This document shows, one piece after another, positions 1 through 6,895 of a stretch of DNA of 24,000 nucleotides. The notes under the pieces are model-generated. The model saw only the letters and a program-made list of their open reading frames with translations. It was not told the origin of the DNA and searched no databases. A program made the translations under genes and the position numbers. Numbering within the stretch: position 1 is the first letter of the stretch; each line of letters opens with the position of its first letter. This DNA comes from Thermoleophilaceae bacterium (GTDB lineage Bacteria > Actinomycetota > Thermoleophilia > Solirubrobacterales > Thermoleophilaceae): assembly GCA_036378175.1 (NCBI GenBank), contig DASUWY010000049.1:1-24000 (forward strand), read 5' to 3'.

Positions 1-348
1 CGCGAAGCGCTCCGCCAGCGGCTCCACGCCGATGCTCACGGCGGCGTCGCACGCGTCGGGGAAGCCGAGCGGGCCCGGCCCGATGTCCACAACCGTCTTC
101 CCCTGGAAGAACGCCGGATCGGGGATCTGCGCCTCGCGCAGCACCCGCCGCACCTCCGCGCGCGCTATCTGCCGGCGCCGCCCCTCGTAGGTGTCCGCCG
201 TGGGCTCGCCCGGGTCGAGGAACTCCTGAACGTCGCCAGGGTTGAAACCACCATCGTGGATGATCGGATCCCACCTCTCGAGCCACCAGCGCAGCTCGGC
301 GTCGAGGTCCGCTGCACGAGCCCGTTCGCGTCTGAGAAAGCCCACCAC
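1..348 (-). CDS. class I SAM-dependent methyltransferase, N-terminal part only (gene runs off the left edge)
   Basis: Hand translation of the minus strand from GTG 348 (or GTG 345): VVGFLRRERARAADLDAELRWWLERWDPIIHDGGFNPGDVQEFLDPGEPTADTYEGRRRQIARAEVRRVLREAQIPDPAFFQGKTVVDIGPGPLGFPDACDAAVSIGVEPLAERFA. VVDIGPGPLGF resembles methyltransferase motif I. An in-frame TAG (355-357, minus) bounds the start. GC3 is high. Confidence 0.55.
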   Translation of the reverse strand, partial: MVGFLRRERARAADLDAELRWWLERWDPIIHDGGFNPGDVQEFLDPGEPTADTYEGRRRQIARAEVRRVLREAQIPDPAFFQGKTVVDIGPGPLGFPDACDAAVSIGVEPLAERFA

Positions 349-367
349 AGGGCACTAAGGTACGCGC

Positions 368-1609
368 ATGTCCGCGGCTAGCCAGAGCGTCGCAGTGGTG
401 GGCCTCGGCCGCATCGGCCTCCCGCTGGCGCTGTCGTTCGCGGATCGCGGGCTCGACGTGGTGGGCGTGGACAAGGTGCCGGCCGTGCTCGAGTCGATCT
501 CGTCCGGCCGCATGCCGTTCGACGAGCCGGGCACGCAGGAGCTGCTCGATGGCGCGCTCGAAGGCCGCCGGCTGCGGCTCACGCACCGCATCGAGGAGGC
601 GGCCGGGTGCGACCACATCGTGCTCACGATCGGCACGCCCGCCTTCAGCCACATCGAGATCGACATCTCGGACGTGCGCAGCGTCACCGACGACCTGCTG
701 CCGGTCCTCCGCGAGGGTCACTCGCTGATCCTGCGCTCCACCGTCGCGCCCGGCACCACCGACTGGATGGCGGGGTACATCGAGCAGCGGCGCGGATTCA
801 CCGCGGGCGACGACATCTTCGTCTCGCACGTGCCCGAGCGGATCGCGGCCCACCGCTTCCTCGAGGAGATCTCAACGCTGCCGTGCATCATCGGCGGCGT
901 CGGAACCGGCTCGGGCGCGAAGGCCGCCGAGCTGTTCGAGGTGTTCGGCACCGAGATCGTGCAGACCACGCCGGTGCAGGCCGAGCTGGCGAAGATCTGG
1001 ACGAACATCTTCCGCTACGCCACCTTCGCGCTTCCCAACCTGCTGATGATGGATTGCGATCAGCACGGCGCGAACGTGTTCGAGGTGATCGACCTGATCA
1101 ACCACGACTACCCGCGCGGCGGCATCGGCCGGCCGGGCCTCACCGCCGGGATCTGCCTGCGCAAGGACTTCACCTTCAGCGAAGAGCGCTCGAACGCGCC
1201 CGGGATGCTGCTCGCCGTGTCGCGCGTGCACGAGAGCGTGCCGCGCTTCCTCGTGGAGGGGCTGAAGCGGCGACTTGGCGGCTCGCTGCGCGATCGGAAG
1301 GTGGCGGTGCTCGGCCTCACCTTCAAGCGCGACTCCGACGACACTCGCGACTCGCTCTCCTACAAGCTCATCCGCCTGCTCGACCGCGAGCTGGCACACG
1401 TGTCGCGGCACGATCCGTTCGTGCCCGCGGAGTCGGAGCCGCTCGACACCGCGCTCGCGGGCGCGGACGCGGTGGTGATCGCCACCAACCACTCCGCCTA
1501 CGAGCACGTGCTGTCCCAGGTGCCGAGGAGCGCGCTGCTGGTGGACCCGTGGAACGTCACTGGCTCGGCGCAGGTGTTCGCGTACGCGGACGAGCTCGTC
1601 TCCACGTGA
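368..1609 (+). CDS. nucleotide-sugar dehydrogenase (UDP-glucose/GDP-mannose dehydrogenase family)
   Basis: 413-aa ORF. Rossmann N-terminus VAVVGLGRIGLPLALSFADRGLDVVGVD. Catalytic-Cys segment GLTAGICLRKD. C-terminal domain signature VLGLTFKRDSDDTRDS. A -10-like TAAGGT (356-361) lies 6 nt before the ATG. Confidence 0.85.
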   Translation: MSAASQSVAVVGLGRIGLPLALSFADRGLDVVGVDKVPAVLESISSGRMPFDEPGTQELLDGALEGRRLRLTHRIEEAAGCDHIVLTIGTPAFSHIEIDISDVRSVTDDLLPVLREGHSLILRSTVAPGTTDWMAGYIEQRRGFTAGDDIFVSHVPERIAAHRFLEEISTLPCIIGGVGTGSGAKAAELFEVFGTEIVQTTPVQAELAKIWTNIFRYATFALPNLLMMDCDQHGANVFEVIDLINHDYPRGGIGRPGLTAGICLRKDFTFSEERSNAPGMLLAVSRVHESVPRFLVEGLKRRLGGSLRDRKVAVLGLTFKRDSDDTRDSLSYKLIRLLDRELAHVSRHDPFVPAESEPLDTALAGADAVVIATNHSAYEHVLSQVPRSALLVDPWNVTGSAQVFAYADELVST

Positions 1610-2556
1610 TCCTCATCACGGGGGTAGCGGGGTTCGCCGGGACCCACCTGGCTCGCCTGTGCGCGCAGCGCGGAATCGAGGTGGCGGGCCTCGGACGGCA
1701 TCCGCGGGTCGATCTGCCCGGCGTGTCGGTGTACGAACAGGTGGACCTCCACGACGGCCGCGCGGTGCGAGACGTGGTCTCGCGCCTCAAGCCCAAGCAG
1801 GTGGTGCACCTCGCGGCGCAGGCGTCGGTCGCCCGCTCATGGGAGACGCCCGGCGAGGTGATCTCCTCGAACGTCACCACGTCACTCAATCTGCTCGAGG
1901 CGGTGCGGCTCGAGGCACCGGACACCCTCGTGCTCGTGGCCTGCTCGGGCGAGGAGTACGGGCGCCCGCAGAGTCTTCCGGTGGACGAGAGCCATCCACT
2001 CTCGCCGCGTAACCCCTATGCCACGAGCAAGGCGATGGTGGACGTTCTCGCCGGCTCGTACGTGGAGATGCACGGCATGCGGGTGCTCCGCGCGCGGGCG
2101 TTCAACCACGCGGGGCCGGGCCAGTCGGACACCTACGTTGTGGCGCGCTTCGCCCGCCAGGTGGCGGAGGCCGAGGCCGCGAGGCCCGCCGACGGCCGCG
2201 CGGTGATCGTCACCGGCAACGTGGACGTGCGGCGCGACTTCTGCGACGTGCGCGACGTGGTGCGCGCGTACCTGGTGGCGCTCGAGCAGGCGGAGGCGGG
2301 CGTTTTCAACGTCTGCAGCGGGCGGGCCACGCGCGTGTCCGACATACTCTCCGGCCTTGCGGCGCACAGTCCCCTCGAACTGGAGTGCCGCGTAGACCCG
2401 TCCCTGCTGCGAGAGAACGAGGTGATGGAGATCAGGGGCTCCCATGAGAGGCTGACCGAGGTGACCGGCTGGCGGCCGGAGATCGACCTGAGCGACACGC
2501 TGCGCGACACCCTCGACTGGTGGCGCGAGCGGGTGGCCGCCGAGGTGGCGCGATGA
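1606..2556 (+). CDS. rmd: GDP-4-dehydro-6-deoxy-D-mannose reductase-like extended SDR (Rmd-like)
   Basis: GTG 1606 overlaps the upstream stop (GTGA). 316 aa with ILITGVAGFAG (GxxGxxG), HLAAQASV, CSGEEYG, YATSK (YxxxK), AFNHAGPGQS, VRRDFCDVRDVV and FNVCSG. It is colinear with my recollection of Rmd and sits directly upstream of gmd. The upstream 333 codons of track ORF 607..2556 are an out-of-frame shadow of the dehydrogenase. Confidence 0.7.
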   Translation: MILITGVAGFAGTHLARLCAQRGIEVAGLGRHPRVDLPGVSVYEQVDLHDGRAVRDVVSRLKPKQVVHLAAQASVARSWETPGEVISSNVTTSLNLLEAVRLEAPDTLVLVACSGEEYGRPQSLPVDESHPLSPRNPYATSKAMVDVLAGSYVEMHGMRVLRARAFNHAGPGQSDTYVVARFARQVAEAEAARPADGRAVIVTGNVDVRRDFCDVRDVVRAYLVALEQAEAGVFNVCSGRATRVSDILSGLAAHSPLELECRVDPSLLRENEVMEIRGSHERLTEVTGWRPEIDLSDTLRDTLDWWRERVAAEVAR

Positions 2557-4577
2557 GCTCCGAGCAGCGGCGCGCGCTCGTCACGGGCGTGACGGGCCAG
2601 GACGGCAGCTACCTCGCCGAGCTCCTGCTCGAGAAGGGCTACGAGGTGCACGGCATGGTGCGGCGCGCATCCACCGAGACCTTCCAGCGCCTTCAGCACA
2701 TCCGGGACCGCATCACCCTCCACACCGGCGACCTGCTCGACCAGCGCTCGCTCGGCGACGTGATGCGGGAGTGCGAGCCGCACGAGATCTACAACCTCGC
2801 GGCGATGTCGTTCGTGGCAGCGTCGTGGAACCAGCCGGTGCTCACGGCGGACTTCACCGGCGTGGGTGTGACGAGGATGCTCGAGGCAATGCGCGAGGCG
2901 GCCCCGGACGCCCGCTTCTACCAGGCGTCGTCCTCGGAGATGTTCGGCAAGGTGCGCGAGGTGCCGCAGACCGAGCAGACGCCGTTCTACCCGCGCAGCC
3001 CGTACGGCGTGGCGAAGGTGTACGGGCACTTCATCACGGTGAACTACCGCGAGTCGTATGACCTTTTTGCCTGCTCGGGAATCCTGTTCAACCACGAGTG
3101 CGTGTCTTCCAGCACGCCCCTCATGGTGCGCGAGAACGGCGTGTTCGCGATCAGGACGCCGGCGGACTTGGTGCCTTACCGGCGCAGGGGACCGAGCAGC
3201 CAGACCTTCGAGCCGAGCGGCTTGCTCGAGATCTGGGCAGGCGAGGACTGGACACGGGTCACGGCGATCACGGCCACCCGGCGCCGCCGCACCGATCCGG
3301 ACCACGAGCTGCTCAGCATCGAGACGCGTGGCGGGGTGGTGCAGGCAACTGCGCATCACACGATGCTCGATGCAACAGGGGAAGGAGTGCGGGCCGCGGA
3401 TGTCGAGGAGGGCGACGAGCTTTACGTAACCGACGAGCTTCCCGAGGCGCCGATCTGGACCGCGGTGACCAACGAGCTCGCCGAACTGCTCGGCCTTCTC
3501 GCCGCCGACGGGTTCGTCGCACGCGATGGCACCAGCATTTGCTTCACCAACAACGACGCCGCTCTTCGCATGCGCGTCGCGCAGCTCTGGTCGAAGACGT
3601 TCCTCGGCACGTCGCACGAATGGATGGGACGCACCGGCTGGACTGAGAACGCGCAGGTTGGGAAGCTCAACCTGAACGGCGGCGCGTCGCTCGCCCCGTG
3701 GCTGCGCGAGCAGCTCTACACCCCCACCGGTCACAAGCAGGTTCCGCCGATCATCCTCAACGCGGACTCGCCTTTGCAGGAGTACTTCCTCGAGGGCTAC
3801 TACGCCGGCGACGGCCTGAAGAGGGGCAAGGGCGAGAGCATCAAGACGAACAGCGCAGTGCTCGCTCAGGGGCTTGTATGCCTCTACCACTCGCTCGACC
3901 AACCCGCGTCCGTGTACGTGGAGCAGCGCGCCGGGAAGTGCTACTACCAGCTCAACCTCGCGTCGCGGGCGTCGGTCTACAGCGGCAAGGGCGCGCACCT
4001 GCGGAAGCCGCCGCAGGAGGTTCGACGCATCATCCCGGCGGAGGTCGACGACGACGAGTGGGTGTTCGACATCGAGACTGAGGCCGGGGTTTTCAACGCC
4101 GGTGTGGGCCGGCTTGTGGTGCACAACTCGCCGCGTCGCGGGCTGGAGTTCGTCACCCGCAAGGTCACCCACACAGCGGCCGCGATCAAGCTCGGCCTCG
4201 CCGATGAGCTCGCGCTCGGCAACATGGACGCACAGCGCGACTGGGGCTATGCCAAGGACTACGTCGAGGCGATGTGGATGATGCTCCAGCAGGACGAGCC
4301 GGACGACTACGTGATCGCCACCGGCGAGGCGCACAGCGTGCGCGAGCTGGTGGACATCGCCTTCGCCCACCTCGATCTCGACCCGGACGACTATGTGCGG
4401 ATCGATCCGCGCTTCATGCGTCCCGCCGAGGTGGACCACCTGATCGGCGACTACTCCAAGGCGAAGGAGAAGCTGGGCTGGGAGCCCCGCACGAGCTTCG
4501 AGGAGCTCGTGAAGCTCATGGTCGACTCCGACCTGGAGCTCCTGCGCAGCGGAGTGCCCACGCAGCAGGCGGGTTGA
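2553..4577 (+). CDS. gmd: GDP-mannose 4,6-dehydratase precursor carrying an in-frame intein (182-aa N-extein + 343-aa intein + 149-aa C-extein)
   Basis: ATG 2553 overlaps the rmd stop (ATGA). N-extein motifs: ALVTGVTGQDGSYLAELLLEKGYEVHG, FYQASSSEMFG, SPYGVAKVYG, GILFNHE. C-extein motifs: SPRRGLEFVTRKVT, LGNMDAQRDWGYAKDYVEAMWMMLQ, DYVIATGE. Spliced length is 331 aa, which is typical for Gmd. Confidence 0.92.
   Translation: MSSEQRRALVTGVTGQDGSYLAELLLEKGYEVHGMVRRASTETFQRLQHIRDRITLHTGDLLDQRSLGDVMRECEPHEIYNLAAMSFVAASWNQPVLTADFTGVGVTRMLEAMREAAPDARFYQASSSEMFGKVREVPQTEQTPFYPRSPYGVAKVYGHFITVNYRESYDLFACSGILFNHECVSSSTPLMVRENGVFAIRTPADLVPYRRRGPSSQTFEPSGLLEIWAGEDWTRVTAITATRRRRTDPDHELLSIETRGGVVQATAHHTMLDATGEGVRAADVEEGDELYVTDELPEAPIWTAVTNELAELLGLLAADGFVARDGTSICFTNNDAALRMRVAQLWSKTFLGTSHEWMGRTGWTENAQVGKLNLNGGASLAPWLREQLYTPTGHKQVPPIILNADSPLQEYFLEGYYAGDGLKRGKGESIKTNSAVLAQGLVCLYHSLDQPASVYVEQRAGKCYYQLNLASRASVYSGKGAHLRKPPQEVRRIIPAEVDDDEWVFDIETEAGVFNAGVGRLVVHNSPRRGLEFVTRKVTHTAAAIKLGLADELALGNMDAQRDWGYAKDYVEAMWMMLQQDEPDDYVIATGEAHSVRELVDIAFAHLDLDPDDYVRIDPRFMRPAEVDHLIGDYSKAKEKLGWEPRTSFEELVKLMVDSDLELLRSGVPTQQAG
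3099..4127 (+). mobile_element. LAGLIDADG-type (class 1) intein inserted in gmd between NHE and SPRRG
   Basis: Starts with Cys1 (CVSSSTPLMV, block A). Block B TxxH is present as ATAHHTM. Two LAGLIDADG motifs: LGLLAADG at 3489-3512 and FLEGYYAGDG at 3786-3815. Blocks F/G are WVFDIETEAGVFNAGVGRLVVHN, ending His-Asn, followed by Ser+1 (4128). Length is 1029 nt, in frame. Confidence 0.9.
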
Positions 4578-4578
4578 C

Positions 4579-5550
4579 GTGACGCGAGTGCTCGTGACCG
4601 GCGGCGCCGGCACGATCGGCACCGCGGTGGTGAAGCGGCTGCTGCGCGAGGACGGCATCGACGTGCGCGTGTCCGATCAGCGCACGCCGCCCGACTGGAT
4701 GCGCGACGCGTGCGAGGTTCACACGGGCGACCTTCGCGACCACGCCGAGGCGCGCGACGCCGCGCGCGGCTGCTCGCGCGTGATCCATCTCGCCGCGATC
4801 GTGGGCGGCATCGCCAACTTCCACAAGCTGCCGCACACGCTCCTCGAGGTGAACACGGGCCTCTACAACGCCGTGTTCCGCGCGGCGCTGGAGGAGCGCG
4901 TCGACCGCCTTGTGTACGTGTCGTCGTCGATGGTGTTCGAGCGCGCCACGCAGTACCCCACAACCGAGGCGCACATCGCGGACACGCCGATCCCGCAGTC
5001 GGCGTACGGGTTTTCGAAGCTCGCGGGCGAGGTCTACTGCCACGCGCTGCACGACGAGCACGGGCTGCCCTTCACCATCTGCCGCCCATTCAACGCCTAC
5101 GGCCCCGGCGAGATGCCCGAGGACGAGCCGGGCATCGCCCACATGGTGCCGGACGTGATCCGCAAGGTTCTGTCGGGTCAGAAGCCGCTCCAGATCTTCG
5201 GCTCGGGCGAGCAGACGCGGACGATCACGCACGTGGACGACATCGCCGACGGCATCGTCACCGCGATGTCGCACCCGGCGGCCGAGAACGAGGACTTCAA
5301 CATCTCCGCCAAGGAGGAGATGACGGTGGCCGAGATCGCGCGCGTGATCTGGGAGGAGTGCGGCCGGGCGCCCGAGGACTTCGAGCTCGAGCACCTGCCC
5401 ACGTTCGAGGTGGACGTGCAGCGCCGCTGGCCGTCGGTGAGGAAGGCGCGCGAGCTCCTCGGCTGGGAGGCGAAGATCGGCGTGCGCGAGGGGATCGCGC
5501 AGACGATCGGGTGGCTGCGCGAGCAGGACGGCGTGCCCAGCGGGGATTGA
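4579..5550 (+). CDS. NAD-dependent epimerase/dehydratase family protein (extended SDR; possibly GDP-sugar epimerase/reductase)
   Basis: 323 aa. Starts with GTG 1 nt after the gmd stop. Motifs: VLVTGGAGTIGTAV (GxxGxxG), IHLAAIVGG, YVSSS, YGFSK (YxxxK), RPFNAYGPG. The LAAxxGGxxxF plus PxSAYGxxK pattern is reminiscent of GDP-mannose 3,5-epimerase-like enzymes, but specificity cannot be assigned by eye. Confidence 0.8.
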   Translation: MTRVLVTGGAGTIGTAVVKRLLREDGIDVRVSDQRTPPDWMRDACEVHTGDLRDHAEARDAARGCSRVIHLAAIVGGIANFHKLPHTLLEVNTGLYNAVFRAALEERVDRLVYVSSSMVFERATQYPTTEAHIADTPIPQSAYGFSKLAGEVYCHALHDEHGLPFTICRPFNAYGPGEMPEDEPGIAHMVPDVIRKVLSGQKPLQIFGSGEQTRTITHVDDIADGIVTAMSHPAAENEDFNISAKEEMTVAEIARVIWEECGRAPEDFELEHLPTFEVDVQRRWPSVRKARELLGWEAKIGVREGIAQTIGWLREQDGVPSGD

Positions 5551-5610
5551 CTCGCTCGCGCCGGCCGATTTACGGTTGGGGCAAGGCTCGCAACCAAAAG
5601 GAGGCCCCCT

Positions 5611-5913
5611 TTGGCAAGTCCGCCTGTGCATCTTCTGCCCCACGTGCTCAAGGCCGGCGGCGTCCCTGCAGTGATCGGAGCCGTAGCCGCCGGGATCCTG
5701 TCGTTCCCGCAGAGCGAGACCTCGATCAACTCTCTGGGACTGGCCGTGACCACCTACCACAGCACCCTGACCGGCTCTGGGCTCACGGCTGAGGCGGCCG
5801 TGTTCGCGATGATTGGCTGCGTGATCGTCGGTGGGCTGATCGGATTGGGAGTGGGGTTCCTGCTCATCGCCACCGGGATCGCCCGGGCGAAGGACCTGGG
5901 CATGGAGGAATAG
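5611..5913 (+). CDS. small hypothetical membrane protein (two predicted TM segments)
   Basis: TTG start preceded by the best SD in the window (AAAGGAGG 5597-5604, 6-nt spacer). Hydrophobic stretches GVPAVIGAVAAGILSF and AAVFAMIGCVIVGGLIGLGVGFLLIATGI. GC3 is high. No recognisable family. Confidence 0.5.
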   Translation: MASPPVHLLPHVLKAGGVPAVIGAVAAGILSFPQSETSINSLGLAVTTYHSTLTGSGLTAEAAVFAMIGCVIVGGLIGLGVGFLLIATGIARAKDLGMEE

Positions 5914-6333
5914 GTGGCCGAAATTCCGGAGGCGGCCCGCGAGCTGCTCGAGTCGGACGCGCTCGTCCATCTCGTCACGATCAACCCGGACGGCAGCCCG
6001 CAGATGAGCGTCGTGTGGGTGGGGGTGGACGGCGGCGAGATCGTCTCCGGCCACCTGCCGCTGCACCGCAAGCTGCGCAACATCCAGCGCGACCCGCGCG
6101 TGAGCCTGTCCGTGGAGGGACGTGGGCTCAACAGCATCGGCCTGCGCGAGTACCTGGTGGTGCACGGTCGCGGTCGCGTCGAGGAGGGCGGCGCGCCCGA
6201 GCTCCTCCAGCGCCTCGCGCACGTCTACCTCGGCCCGGAGGTGAAGTTCCCCCCGATGGACGACCCGCCGCCGGGCTACATCCTTCGCATCACACCAGAG
6301 CGCTTCGGAGGGGTGGGACCGTGGACGGAGTGA
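5914..6333 (+). CDS. PPOX-class (pyridoxamine 5'-phosphate oxidase fold) probable F420-dependent enzyme
   Basis: 139 aa. LLESDALVHLVTINPDGSPQMSVVWVGVDGGEIV...KLRNIQRDPRVSLSVEG matches the split-barrel PPOX/F420 family pattern. GTG start immediately follows the upstream TAG. Confidence 0.7.
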   Translation: MAEIPEAARELLESDALVHLVTINPDGSPQMSVVWVGVDGGEIVSGHLPLHRKLRNIQRDPRVSLSVEGRGLNSIGLREYLVVHGRGRVEEGGAPELLQRLAHVYLGPEVKFPPMDDPPPGYILRITPERFGGVGPWTE

Positions 6334-6875
6334 TCGAGGACCCGGTTCTGCGGCAGCGCCTGAGCTTCACCCGCACCACCGACGAGGACGGGAGGGAGGT
6401 TCTCCACGTGGAGACGTGGGTTGATCCCGGCGGCGGCGTGACGCCTCACATCCACCCGGCGATGGAGGAGCGCTTCGAAGTGCTGTCCGGCGAGGCCAGC
6501 TTCCTCTCCGGGAAGAAGTGGGTGGCCGCCGGTCCCGGCGAGACCGTGGTGGTGCCGCCGGGCACTCGGCATGCGTACCGCAACAAGTCGAACGGCGAGG
6601 TGCACATGGTGTGTCACGTGCGCCCGCCGTCCACGCTTCAGGAGTTCCTCGAGGACACGGTGCGGCTGAGCCGGTCTGGCGGGCTCACGCGGCACGCGAT
6701 CCCCAAGTCTCTGCACGCCCTCCTCGAGGGAATGGTGATGGCGCACGCCTACCGCGACATGGTCACCCTGCTCTTTCCGCCCTTCCCCCCTCCGGCGGTT
6801 CAGCGGCTCATCGTGCCGCCGCTCGCCCGCCTCGGCGCCCGGCGCGGGATTCGCGCCGGACATATCGCTGAGTAG
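6330..6875 (+). CDS. cupin domain protein
   Basis: GTG 6330 overlaps the upstream TGA (alternative GTG 6321). Cupin motifs GGGVTPHIHPAMEERFEVLSGEASF and VVVPPGTRHAYRN. The first 105 codons of track ORF 6015..6875 are an out-of-frame shadow. Confidence 0.7.
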   Translation: MIEDPVLRQRLSFTRTTDEDGREVLHVETWVDPGGGVTPHIHPAMEERFEVLSGEASFLSGKKWVAAGPGETVVVPPGTRHAYRNKSNGEVHMVCHVRPPSTLQEFLEDTVRLSRSGGLTRHAIPKSLHALLEGMVMAHAYRDMVTLLFPPFPPPAVQRLIVPPLARLGARRGIRAGHIAE

Positions 6876-6895
6876 ACGGCTCGTCCGGTCTGTCC

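Noticed and set aside
607-1605. N-terminal 333-codon extension of the track ORF 607..2556, and similarly 6015..6329 and 10147..10788.
   Set aside because: The extensions overlap well-supported genes in another frame and translate to Arg/Pro-rich nonsense. Recognisable domains begin at 1606, 6330 and 10789, where start codons overlap or follow the upstream stops.
3099-4127. The insertion in Gmd as a fused accessory domain, a gene-fusion artefact or a frameshifted pseudogene.
   Set aside because: The reading frame is continuous. The boundaries fall exactly at Cys1 and His-Asn/Ser+1, and the host motif NHE|SPRRG is restored precisely on excision. All of this is diagnostic of an intein.
2133-4658. 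Very long antisense or off-frame ORFs. Examples: 2133..4658(-) 841 aa, 4516..6222(-) 568 aa, 6276..8366(-) 696 aa, 13400..15052(+) 550 aa, 16714..18066(-) 450 aa, 19932..21917(-) 661 aa, 4710..5792(+), 8881..9786(+).
   Set aside because: Their translations are Arg/Ala/Gly/Pro-rich low-complexity strings with no motifs. They lie opposite or out of frame to genes with clear family signatures and high GC3. These are typical stop-codon-poor shadow ORFs of high-GC DNA.
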